From a virus (taxonomy: Duplodnaviria > Caudoviricetes): a stretch of 58,174 nt of DNA. Numbering within the stretch: the stretch's first letter is position 1; every line of letters begins with the position of its first letter. The position numbers and the translations under genes were made by a program. The notes beneath the pieces are model-generated. The model saw only the letters and a list, made by a program, of their open reading frames with translations. It searched no databases and was not told the origin of the DNA. Below, piece by piece: positions 18,180 to 26,221 of this stretch. The DNA lies in the IMG/VR virus record IMGVR_UViG_3300032309_000708, positions 1 through 58,174 of that record. One strand, written 5' to 3'.

Positions 18180-19094
18180 ATGGCTATTTCACGCGCACAA
18201 CTATTGAAAGAGCTGCTCCCCGGCCTAAACGCATTGTTTGGTATGGAGTATGCTACTTACGGTGAACAACACAAAGAGATCTACGAAACAGAGACCTCTG
18301 AGCGTTCGTTCGAAGAAGAAACAAAGCTTTCCGGCTTCTCAGCTGCTCCTGTTAAAAACGAGGGCAGTGCTATTGCTTATGACAATGCACAAGAAGCATG
18401 GACAGCTCGATATAACCACGAAACAATTGCTTTGGGCTTCAGCTTAACTGAAGAAGCAATCGAAGATAACTTGTATGACTCGTTATCAGCTCGTTATACC
18501 AAAGCTTTGGCTCGTGCTATGGCATACACCAAGCAAGTTAAAGCTGCTTCTGTACTAAACAACGGCTTCACTAACTCCGCGCAATACTACGGTGGTGATA
18601 ATGTGCCTTTGTTCAGCGCATCGCATCCTTTGATCTCTGGTGGCACTAACAGCAACATCCCATCAACTCCCGCTGACTTGAACGAAACTTCGTTGGAAAA
18701 CGCTGTTATTCAGATCGCTGCATGGACTGATGAACGTAGTCTGTTAATCGCTGCTAAACCTAAGAAATTGATTGTTCCACCTGCTCTGCAGTTCGTTGCT
18801 ACTCGTTTGTTAGAAACCAGCCTCCGTGTTGGCACTACTGATAACGATATCAATGCTATCAAGAACAATGGCTCAATCCCAGAAGGCTACACTGTCAACA
18901 ACTTCTTGACAGATACAAATGCTTGGTTCTTAACAACCGACGTACCTAACGGTATGAAGCACTTTGTACGTACGCCTTTAAGCAACTCAATGGACGGCGA
19001 CTTTGATACTGGTAACGTACGTTACAAGTCTCGTGAGCGTTATTCATTCGGTTGGTCTGATCCACTCGGTATGTACGGTTCACAAGGCGCTTAA
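18180..19094 (+). CDS. major capsid protein
   Basis: MAISRAQLLKELLPGLNALFG, RYNHETIALGF and RERYSFGWSD motifs; strong RBS; followed by a terminator. Confidence 0.9.
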   Translation: MAISRAQLLKELLPGLNALFGMEYATYGEQHKEIYETETSERSFEEETKLSGFSAAPVKNEGSAIAYDNAQEAWTARYNHETIALGFSLTEEAIEDNLYDSLSARYTKALARAMAYTKQVKAASVLNNGFTNSAQYYGGDNVPLFSASHPLISGGTNSNIPSTPADLNETSLENAVIQIAAWTDERSLLIAAKPKKLIVPPALQFVATRLLETSLRVGTTDNDINAIKNNGSIPEGYTVNNFLTDTNAWFLTTDVPNGMKHFVRTPLSNSMDGDFDTGNVRYKSRERYSFGWSDPLGMYGSQGA

Positions 19095-19109
19095 TAGCGT
19101 TTTAGTGAG

Positions 19110-19131
19110 AGGGGGCTTCGGCCCCCTTTTT
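19110..19131 (+). terminator. intrinsic terminator after MCP
   Basis: GGGGGC-TTCG-GCCCCC-TTTTT. Confidence 0.9.
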
Positions 19132-19147
19132 ATTTAGTGAGGTAGAT

Positions 19148-19351
19148 ATGAATATTTTTATACAAAAACAGATTGAGTCGTCAGAACGCCTTTACAAAAT
19201 GATGTTCCAAGACCATGTGGATCGCGTCAAAAACGTTACTAATGTATATGAAGTAAGTGAAAGCTTACAAAAAAAGCTGGACCAACGTGATGCTGAAATA
19301 GCAAAATTACGCCGCCAACTACGTGCTTACGAGGTTATAGAGCGCATGTAG
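19148..19351 (+). CDS. small coiled-coil protein
   Basis: GAGGT RBS, 67 aa. Confidence 0.65.
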   Translation: MNIFIQKQIESSERLYKMMFQDHVDRVKNVTNVYEVSESLQKKLDQRDAEIAKLRRQLRAYEVIERM

Positions 19352-19391
19352 CTTGTTTTACGGTTGTAATATTTATGGCATAGTATTAGAT

Positions 19392-19416
19392 GGCAGCCAG
19401 GGGTGGTTGCCTTTTT
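19392..19416 (+). terminator. terminator-like hairpin
   Basis: GGCAGCC-AGGGGT-GGTTGCC-TTTTT. Confidence 0.5.
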
Positions 19417-19431
19417 GCTATGGAGAACACT

Positions 19432-19662
19432 ATGCACGTAACTATTATTTTTGAATGCGAATACGAAGAACTATTTGACGACGTTGAGTACGAAGAGTAC
19501 GAAGATGATGAAGACGGCGTTGAGTACGATGAAGATGGCGTAGCTTGGTGGTTTGATGAGGAGTCAGAAGTTTGGTACTTCTACGACGAAGATGCTGATG
19601 ACTGGTTCGAGTGGGATGAAGAAGCAGAGTATTATGAGTTTGAAGAAGTAGCAGCTGCGTAA
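19432..19662 (+). CDS. extremely acidic, aromatic-rich small protein
   Basis: 76 aa from GGAG-preceded ATG 19432; 35 D/E, no K/R. Confidence 0.65.
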   Translation: MHVTIIFECEYEELFDDVEYEEYEDDEDGVEYDEDGVAWWFDEESEVWYFYDEDADDWFEWDEEAEYYEFEEVAAA

Positions 19663-20030
19663 TTTAAGGAGGCTTCGGCCTCCTTTTTCTTTTTCTTTGC
19701 TTGGTATTCCGCATCATGTAATTTTCTGTGGCAGTTTGCGCATAGTACAATACAACGTTCTTCTATTTCCTTTAATGCACCTTTGTAATTACCGTTTGTA
19801 AGTAATTTGTTAACTTTTTTATTATCTTTTGCTCTTACAACATGGTGAAAATCAAATGTAGCGGGGTGGTTTTCTCCACACTGTACACACGATAAAGTTG
19901 CTTTATAGTCACGCCATTTTTGTCTGTATTTTTCCTTACCAATTTTTGTTGTGGCTTTAATTTTAGCGGCATGTTTAGCGTAATGCCGTTTAGCTATTTC
20001 TTTCTTTTTTTCTTTATCTTTGACTGGCAT
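19632..20030 (-). CDS. HNH endonuclease
   Basis: CVQC..HPATFDFHH and C.VLCANCHRKLH; antisense to the late operon. Confidence 0.85.
   Translation of the reverse strand: MPVKDKEKKKEIAKRHYAKHAAKIKATTKIGKEKYRQKWRDYKATLSCVQCGENHPATFDFHHVVRAKDNKKVNKLLTNGNYKGALKEIEERCIVLCANCHRKLHDAEYQAKKKKKEAEASLNYAAATSSNS
19666..19689 (+). terminator. intrinsic terminator
   Basis: AAGGAGGC-TTCG-GCCTCC followed by T-tract. Confidence 0.85.
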
Positions 20031-20063
20031 ATAAGCCTTTGAACGCTAGTTAATTAAAAGCGC

Positions 20064-20091
20064 TTGCATTTTATTATAACTCTGGTATAAC
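20064..20091 (+). promoter_or_regulatory. sigma70-like promoter
   Basis: TTGCAT-16-TATAAC with extended -10 TG. Confidence 0.65.
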
Positions 20092-20100
20092 AACAACATT

Positions 20101-20170
20101 CCGGGATTTCCGGTATATCTGAACAGCCCCGGCTGACGACATGCAGACAGATATGCCTAACTTGCATGTA
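20101..20170 (+). ncRNA. candidate structured 5' leader RNA (double pseudoknot)
   Basis: three interleaved helices: 20101-05/20128-32, 20112-21/20148-57, 20139-46/20162-69; ends at the SD of the next gene. Confidence 0.65.
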
Positions 20171-20183
20171 AGGAAAATTTACT

Positions 20184-20615
20184 ATGGCACTCTCAACCGC
20201 ATCCGGTCCTTGGCGTTCGCTCACGGGCTATATCGTCCCAATTACTTATGTTTTCGCAACCGACATCGTTGGTGGCGAGTACCAGATTTTAGACGCTGGT
20301 GCACGTATCCTAGTTTTATCTCCTGCTGATGGCGGTCCAGCATCTGCAGTTGATTTTGTTCTTCCTAATGTAACTTTGCCTACTGGAGTCACTGCGTTTA
20401 CTGGCCCACAATCCGCTCAACCACAATTCAATGGTATCGAAGGCTCAATTACTAACTATGGCGCAGTTACCCATAAGTTAAAAGGTTATGGCGCACAAGT
20501 TGTTTCTGGTGCTGCTGAAGTAACCGTAGCTGCTGGCACTATTGTTCAGTGGGCCGGTAATGGCAACCCAAATGCTCCTTGGATCGCTATCTCTACCGCT
20601 ATTCTGGCTGCTTAA
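20184..20615 (+). CDS. putative virion protein
   Basis: MALSTASGP N-terminus, beta-rich, AAGGA RBS. Confidence 0.65.
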   Translation: MALSTASGPWRSLTGYIVPITYVFATDIVGGEYQILDAGARILVLSPADGGPASAVDFVLPNVTLPTGVTAFTGPQSAQPQFNGIEGSITNYGAVTHKLKGYGAQVVSGAAEVTVAAGTIVQWAGNGNPNAPWIAISTAILAA

Positions 20616-20651
20616 TTAATCTCAAGGAATTCCCTATAAAGGAGATTAATC

Positions 20652-20942
20652 ATGATGCAAACAGACGTAAAAGCCGTTACTACAGGCGGAACACAGACAA
20701 ACCAAGCACTTATTTCCGGTCGTACTCGGATTAAATCTGTAGTCATTACTGGCGGCGCAGGTGCGGGTAAAGCTAGGTTTCTGAACGCTTCAGGCGGCAA
20801 TATCCTGTTAGAACTAGATACTGGGTCTAACTCCAACATGACTAACGTAATCCTGCCGGGCGAGGGTATTTTGTTCCCGAACGGTGTTTGGTACACGTCA
20901 GTTTCTGTAGCCCCTCTTGGTATTACGGTGTGTTATGGCTAA
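20652..20942 (+). CDS. small beta-rich putative virion protein
   Basis: MQTDVK, R.RIKS and LPGEGILF..GV motifs. Confidence 0.7.
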   Translation: MMQTDVKAVTTGGTQTNQALISGRTRIKSVVITGGAGAGKARFLNASGGNILLELDTGSNSNMTNVILPGEGILFPNGVWYTSVSVAPLGITVCYG

Positions 20943-21180
20943 GTCGCCCGCATGGCAACGCAAAGAGGGAAAGAATCCCAATGGCGGCTTGAACGCCAAA
21001 GGGAGAGCCTCTGCCAAAGCGCAAGGTATGAACTTGAAAGCTCCCCAGCCGGAAGGCGGAAGTCGGAAAAAATCATTCTGCGCCCGTATGTCAGGGATGA
21101 AAAAGAAGCTTACATCTGCGAAAACAGCAAATGACCCGAACAGCCGTATCAATAAATCTTTAAGAGCATGGAAGTGTTAA
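20935..21180 (+). CDS. small basic protein (DUF6321-like)
   Basis: AWQRKEGKNPNGGLNAKGRAS, RKKSFCARMSG, SRINKSLRAWKC. Confidence 0.7.
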   Translation: MAKSPAWQRKEGKNPNGGLNAKGRASAKAQGMNLKAPQPEGGSRKKSFCARMSGMKKKLTSAKTANDPNSRINKSLRAWKC

Positions 21181-21182
21181 TT

Positions 21183-21371
21183 ATGTCTGATATCGAACTG
21201 ACAGAACGCGAACGTTTAATCGCTAAAGAAGCCGCAAAGATTGCGCTTGAAGAGCTATCTTCTGAGTTTTACAGAAGAGTGGGTAAAACTGTTGTAGACA
21301 AAATACTAATCGTGCTTGGCATTTTGGCGGTTGGGTTTGTCTTTGGCAAAGGCTGGTTAATTAAAATTTAA
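21183..21371 (+). CDS. small membrane protein
   Basis: C-terminal TM helix ILIVLGILAVGFVF. Confidence 0.65.
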   Translation: MSDIELTERERLIAKEAAKIALEELSSEFYRRVGKTVVDKILIVLGILAVGFVFGKGWLIKI

Positions 21372-21382
21372 GGAGTAATGAA

Positions 21383-21550
21383 ATGAAAAAGATGGCAAAA
21401 GGTGGTCTTGGTGTAGCAAATAAAATGGGTCCAGTAAAGACAGCAGCCCCTAGCCGTGATGGTATTGCAGAAAAAGGCAAAACCAAAGGCAAGCAAGTAC
21501 GAATGGGTGGCACTGTAGCCGCATTAAAAGGCGCAAGCCGGGGTAGATAA
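21383..21550 (+). CDS. small basic K/G-rich protein (55 aa, not in ORF track)
   Basis: AGGAG RBS; MKKMAKGG...RDGIAEKGKTKGK. Confidence 0.7.
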   Translation: MKKMAKGGLGVANKMGPVKTAAPSRDGIAEKGKTKGKQVRMGGTVAALKGASRGR

Positions 21551-21552
21551 TT

Positions 21553-21837
21553 ATGATGGCCTCTCGTGGTATGGGCGCTATTAAAGCGTCCAAGATGCCC
21601 AAAGGCGTGAAAAAAGCACGTCGGGATGATACCGACTTCACCCAGTATAAAGAAGGTGGGAAGGTCAAATCCGGGGTAAACGCCGCTGGCAATTACACTA
21701 AGCCCGGAATGCGTAAGTCTATGTTTGAAAGTATTAAGGCTCGCGCAGTACAAGGCACAGGCGCAGGTCAGTGGTCTGCTCGTAAGGCACAGCTCTTAGC
21801 AAAGAATTACAAAGCCAAGGGTGGTGGTTACAAGTGA
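21553..21837 (+). CDS. small basic protein (DUF5872-like N-terminal half)
   Basis: NYTKP and GQWSARKAQLLAKNYKAKGGGY. Confidence 0.7.
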   Translation: MMASRGMGAIKASKMPKGVKKARRDDTDFTQYKEGGKVKSGVNAAGNYTKPGMRKSMFESIKARAVQGTGAGQWSARKAQLLAKNYKAKGGGYK

Positions 21838-22172
21838 CATGGTCTAAAAAGTACAAATCGTCAATTGATTGTGATAACCCAAAAGGTTTTTCGCAGAAGG
21901 CGCATTGTGCTGGTAAGAAGAAAATGGCAGGAGGCGGTTTAGCTGCGCCGCAACAATCGCTTAAAGCTTGGGGAGATCAGAAATGGCGAACCAAAAGTGG
22001 AAAGCCATCGTCAAAGACAGGAGAGCGGTACCTCCCAGAAAAGGCGATCAAGGCTCTAAGCCCAGCCGAGTATGCTGCCACTACGAGGGCAAAGCGGGCA
22101 GGGAAGAAAGTAGGAAAACAATTTGTAGCACAACCTAAAAGTATTGCGAAGAAAACAGCGGGGTATAGATAA
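21834..22172 (+). CDS. small basic protein (DUF5872-like C-terminal half)
   Basis: QSLKAWGDQKWRTKSG and ERYLPEKAIKALS. Confidence 0.7.
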   Translation: MTWSKKYKSSIDCDNPKGFSQKAHCAGKKKMAGGGLAAPQQSLKAWGDQKWRTKSGKPSSKTGERYLPEKAIKALSPAEYAATTRAKRAGKKVGKQFVAQPKSIAKKTAGYR

Positions 22173-22447
22173 TGGCAAGTAAATTTCCTGATCTCACCGG
22201 TGATGGTAAAGTAACTCAGGCAGATATTCTTAAAGGTCGTGGGGTCGAAACCATGAAAAAAGGCGGTATGGCGGGGGGCAAATGGATTCAAAAAGCTATA
22301 AAGAAACCGGGCGCACTTCGGAAAGAACTGGGCGTGAAGGCAGGCAAGACCATCCCGGCAAAGAAGCTGTCTGCAGCTGCGCAAAAACCCGGTATCTTAG
22401 GAAAACGTGCCCGACTTGCAGAAACGCTAAAAGGTTTCAAAAAATAA
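22172..22447 (+). CDS. small basic protein
   Basis: FPDLTGDGKVTQADIL EF-hand-like loop; WIQKAIKKPGALR; RARLAETLK. Confidence 0.7.
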   Translation: MASKFPDLTGDGKVTQADILKGRGVETMKKGGMAGGKWIQKAIKKPGALRKELGVKAGKTIPAKKLSAAAQKPGILGKRARLAETLKGFKK

Positions 22448-22455
22448 GGTAGATC

Positions 22456-23199
22456 ATGCCGTACACCACCACTACAACCAGTTTTAATCCTGAACTCAAT
22501 GAGTTGATGGAAGAGGCGTTTGAGCGCTGTGGCGTAGAGCTACGTACTGGTTATCAGTTCCGTACAGCAAGACGTAGTTTGAATTTTCTTATTACCGAGT
22601 GGGCTAATCGTGGTATTAACCTGTGGACTATTGAGCAAGGTCAGATTCCTCTTGTACAAGGGCAATACGTATATGATTTACCTAATGACACCGTGGATTT
22701 ATTGGAACATGTTATTCGCACTAATCCCGGATCAATTGGCAGCCAAACTGATATTAACATCAGTAGAATTAGCGTTTCCACGTACTCAACAATACCAAAC
22801 AAAATAACGCAAGGGCGTCCAATTCAAGTGTGGGTAAACCGCCGTTCTGGGCAGCAGATGGGTTCAGATTCAGCAACCCCACTAGTGCCGCAAATTAATG
22901 TATGGCCTTCTCCAGATCAGGGTACTACACAAGCTCCGTTTTATTATTTTGTGTATTGGCGTTTACGTCGTATGGTTGATGCTGGTACGGGTACTAATGT
23001 TGAAGATATACCATTCCGTTTTCAAAACTGTATGGTGGCTGGGCTAGCTTATATGTTATCTATGAAGCTACCTGAAGTATCTCCAGATCGTATTATGATG
23101 TTGAAGGCACAGTACGATGAAGCATGGGATTTAGCATCATCTGAAGATAGAGAGAAAGCACCTGATCGCTACGTACCACGCATGACCTTCTATAGGTGA
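22456..23199 (+). CDS. putative head-tail adaptor
   Basis: EEAFERCG, ARRSLN, WANRGINLWT and P.RF...AGLAY motifs. Confidence 0.65.
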   Translation: MPYTTTTTSFNPELNELMEEAFERCGVELRTGYQFRTARRSLNFLITEWANRGINLWTIEQGQIPLVQGQYVYDLPNDTVDLLEHVIRTNPGSIGSQTDINISRISVSTYSTIPNKITQGRPIQVWVNRRSGQQMGSDSATPLVPQINVWPSPDQGTTQAPFYYFVYWRLRRMVDAGTGTNVEDIPFRFQNCMVAGLAYMLSMKLPEVSPDRIMMLKAQYDEAWDLASSEDREKAPDRYVPRMTFYR

Positions 23200-23202
23200 T
23201 GT

Positions 23203-23631
23203 ATGGCAAGTAAATATTCGTCAGGTAAATATTCAATCGCCGAGTGCGATAGATGTGGATTTAGGTATAAGTTAAAAGAGTTACGTAAGCTTACAATTAA
23301 GACTAAACAGGTCAGTATTAAAGTTTGTCCTACTTGTTGGGAACCAGATCAACCGCAATTATCGTTAGGTCTGTATCCGGTTAATGATCCACAAGCGGTA
23401 AGAGAGCCAAGACCAGATGTTAGCTACTATCAGTCAGGCTATAACGGGTTGCAGATAACTGGTACTAATGGGCCGGGTATAGATCAGACTGGGTACCCAG
23501 AAGGCGGTAGTAGAGTATTTCAATGGGGTTGGTACCCTGTAGGTGGATCAAGTTCATTTGATGAGGTGTTGACTCCAAATTATCTGGTGTCAGCAAGTGA
23601 AGTAGGGACCGTGACGATCACGACGACATAG
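23203..23631 (+). CDS. Zn-ribbon-containing protein
   Basis: CDRCGF, CPTCWE and DPQA...PRPD. Confidence 0.7.
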   Translation: MASKYSSGKYSIAECDRCGFRYKLKELRKLTIKTKQVSIKVCPTCWEPDQPQLSLGLYPVNDPQAVREPRPDVSYYQSGYNGLQITGTNGPGIDQTGYPEGGSRVFQWGWYPVGGSSSFDEVLTPNYLVSASEVGTVTITTT

Positions 23632-23640
23632 GAGTTTAAA

Positions 23641-23859
23641 ATGGCAAAAGAGAACATGAAGATGGACAAAAAGCAAGACAAAGCAATGATTAAAAAAGCT
23701 ATGGGCCAGCACGACACTCAACAGCATAAGGGTAAGAAAACTACCCTTGCTTTGAAAAAAGGCGGTTCTGCGTGTTACGCAAAAGGTGGCAAAACTGATG
23801 CTCAAATGAAACAAATGGGTCGCGGTCTTGCTAAAGTAGCTAACCAAAAGACAGGCTAA
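23641..23859 (+). CDS. small basic protein
   Basis: DKKQDKAMIKKA, LKKGG, MGRGLAK; AGGAG RBS. Confidence 0.7.
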   Translation: MAKENMKMDKKQDKAMIKKAMGQHDTQQHKGKKTTLALKKGGSACYAKGGKTDAQMKQMGRGLAKVANQKTG

Positions 23860-23868
23860 GGAACGGTC

Positions 23869-24138
23869 ATGGCTAAATTTTCTCAGAAGGTAATGGGCAA
23901 AGAAGTGGGTCAAGCCGCTGTCTATGCTAAACCACATAGTATGTCTGGAGGTCCTATGACTATAAAGAAAATGGTTGACCCAAATACGTTGGCAGCCAAT
24001 AAGATGACTAGAAAAACCGCTACCCCACGCGTAAGCGCGGGCGACCCTGCTGCGGATAATGTAAAGACCGATGGTATTAAAATCCGTGGTACAGGCGCTG
24101 CTACCAAAGGTGTAATGGCACGAGGACCAATGGGCTAA
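23869..24138 (+). CDS. small basic protein
   Basis: GIKIRGTGAATKG motif. Confidence 0.7.
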   Translation: MAKFSQKVMGKEVGQAAVYAKPHSMSGGPMTIKKMVDPNTLAANKMTRKTATPRVSAGDPAADNVKTDGIKIRGTGAATKGVMARGPMG

Positions 24139-24147
24139 GGATTAACT

Positions 24148-25008
24148 GTGAACTACACAGAACTTGTTACTGAGATACAGAACTATACCCAAAACTACGA
24201 AGCAGTTTTCGTAGCTACTATACCTACGTTTGTTACACAAGCGGAAGAGCGTATCTATAATTCAGTGCAGATACCCGCTCTACGTAAGAATGTTACTGGT
24301 CTTACTACGACGGCTAATAAGTATTTGTCGTGTCCTAGTGATTTTTTATCATCTTTCTCAATGGCGGTTTTCCCATATGCGTCTACAACAGGCGTTAAAA
24401 CAGGCAACTTAACTATGCAGGTAGCATCTGCTGTTGGTGTTATTGTTGGGGCGTATGTATATGGCACAGGTATATCTAATGGCACTACGGTAGTTAGTAT
24501 AAATGGCACCACTGTAACTGTATCTTTACCGCTGACTAACTTTACATCAGGCGCTGTTACGTTTCAAGGTGAGTACGAATACTTACTTAACAAAGATGTT
24601 AATTTCATGCGGGCGTCTTATCCAAACCCAAACGATCAAGGCAAACCTAAATACTATGCGCTATTTGGGCCGACTGTAACTAGTAATGTTATTACAGATG
24701 AGTTGAGCTTTATTCTGGCTCCTACACCTGACAATATTTATAATGTTGAACTTCATTATTACTATTATCCAGAATCAATTACTGTTGCGGCAAATGGGCG
24801 TACGTGGCTTGGTGATAGCTATTCTCCCGTATTGTTATATGGTTCTTTAAGAGAAGCGTACGTTTACATGAAAGGTGAGCAAGATATTATTGCTTACTAT
24901 GAAAAAATGTACCAAGATGCTATGGCTCAGTTGAATCGTCTGGGTACAGGTCTTGAGCGCGGCGACGCATACAGAGATGGTCAGGCAAAAATTAAGGTTA
25001 ATCCGTAA
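24148..25008 (+). CDS. putative second adaptor/connector protein with beta-domain insertion
   Basis: MNY.EL, F..QAE.RI, PKYYA, LAPTPD and LLYGSL.EAY.YMKG motifs; GTG start. Confidence 0.65.
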   Translation: MNYTELVTEIQNYTQNYEAVFVATIPTFVTQAEERIYNSVQIPALRKNVTGLTTTANKYLSCPSDFLSSFSMAVFPYASTTGVKTGNLTMQVASAVGVIVGAYVYGTGISNGTTVVSINGTTVTVSLPLTNFTSGAVTFQGEYEYLLNKDVNFMRASYPNPNDQGKPKYYALFGPTVTSNVITDELSFILAPTPDNIYNVELHYYYYPESITVAANGRTWLGDSYSPVLLYGSLREAYVYMKGEQDIIAYYEKMYQDAMAQLNRLGTGLERGDAYRDGQAKIKVNP

Positions 25009-25427
25009 TGGCATTACAACAGACACTGACTACGAGTTTCAAACAAGAGATGCTGCAAGGTCAGCAGAACTTGGCGTCGGATACTTTATATATTGCCTTG
25101 TATACGGGGTTTGCTACATTAGGCCCTACTACAACTGTATATACAACAGATAGTGAAGTGGTTGGTACGGGATATACAGCTGGTGGGAAAGAATTGACTG
25201 GCGTTACTATTAGTTCAGATGCTAACGGTGTTGTATATGTGAACTTCAATAATGTAGTATGGGACCCAGCAGCATTTACCACCCGTGGAGCGTTAATATA
25301 TAACGTGACACAAAGTAATACATCTGTAGCTGTACTAGATTTTGGCTCAGATAAAGTTTGTTCTAATACATTCACCGTCACCATGCCAGTTAATTCTGCT
25401 ACGACGGCGCTTTTACGTTTTTCTTAA
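25008..25427 (+). CDS. putative tail protein
   Basis: SFKQE, IALYT, GTGYTAGG, GALIYN and VLDFGSDK motifs. Confidence 0.7.
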   Translation: MALQQTLTTSFKQEMLQGQQNLASDTLYIALYTGFATLGPTTTVYTTDSEVVGTGYTAGGKELTGVTISSDANGVVYVNFNNVVWDPAAFTTRGALIYNVTQSNTSVAVLDFGSDKVCSNTFTVTMPVNSATTALLRFS

Positions 25428-25436
25428 GGAGTTATC

Positions 25437-26012
25437 ATGCCTTTTATAACAAAATCAACGATGGGTGAAACCATCCAAGCTGGCGCTGGCAAAGCCGTGC
25501 AGGAATCTGAGAGCATGGGTTTTGGTGGTGTCTTTAAAGTTACTTGCTTTGACGTATCTGGCAACCTGAAATGGGAAGAGGTTTTCCATAATCTAGTTGT
25601 TAATGAAGGTCTACAAGACTTAAACACTAAATACTTTAAAGCTTCTGGTTATACCGCTGCTTGGTATTTGGGTTTAGTGCTTGGTCCCGGCTCTGGTACT
25701 ACTTATGCCGCTACTGATACATTAGCTTTGCATCCCGGCTGGACTGAAGATACTAACTACGCTGGCAGTCGTAAGGCTGTTACGTTTGGTACAGCTTCTT
25801 TAGCTGACCCATCTGTTATAGATAACTCAGCTTCTCCTTCTGTGTTTGTTATGAATAACACGACTACTGTTGCTGGCGCATTTTTAACTACTGTGGCTTC
25901 TGGTACGTCTGGTATTTTGTTTTCAGTAGGTGACTTCACTGGCGGCGATAAGATCGTAGCGTCCGGCGATACGTTGAATGTAACTTACACATTCTCTGCT
26001 GACGCAGTTTAA
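25437..26012 (+). CDS. putative tail protein
   Basis: KW..NLVVN.G and SGDTLNVTY motifs. Confidence 0.65.
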   Translation: MPFITKSTMGETIQAGAGKAVQESESMGFGGVFKVTCFDVSGNLKWEEVFHNLVVNEGLQDLNTKYFKASGYTAAWYLGLVLGPGSGTTYAATDTLALHPGWTEDTNYAGSRKAVTFGTASLADPSVIDNSASPSVFVMNNTTTVAGAFLTTVASGTSGILFSVGDFTGGDKIVASGDTLNVTYTFSADAV

Positions 26013-26025
26013 TTAAGGAGCAGTA

Positions 26026-26205
26026 ATGGCTACTACATTTAAAAAAGGTGATACGGTTAAATTAACCGTCACCGTACCGCAGGGTCCAGTTGAGGCGTTG
26101 CGTATGGATGAAGACGGTAATGTTCAGTACATGATGTCATGGACTGATGTTAATGGTGTTACTCAGACTCGTTGGTTTGATGAGGCAGAATTAACGGCAG
26201 CTTAA
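26026..26205 (+). CDS. small SH3-like protein (YodC/DUF2158-like; 59 aa, not in ORF track)
   Basis: AAGGAG RBS; FKKGDTVKL...W...RWFDEAEL. Confidence 0.65.
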   Translation: MATTFKKGDTVKLTVTVPQGPVEALRMDEDGNVQYMMSWTDVNGVTQTRWFDEAELTAA

Positions 26206-26221
26206 TAAAGGTTGAAGGCGC

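Noticed and set aside
20133-20139. CTGACGA as a hammerhead ribozyme core
   Set aside because: No correctly placed GAAA and cleavage triplet, and the helices form pseudoknots rather than a three-way junction.
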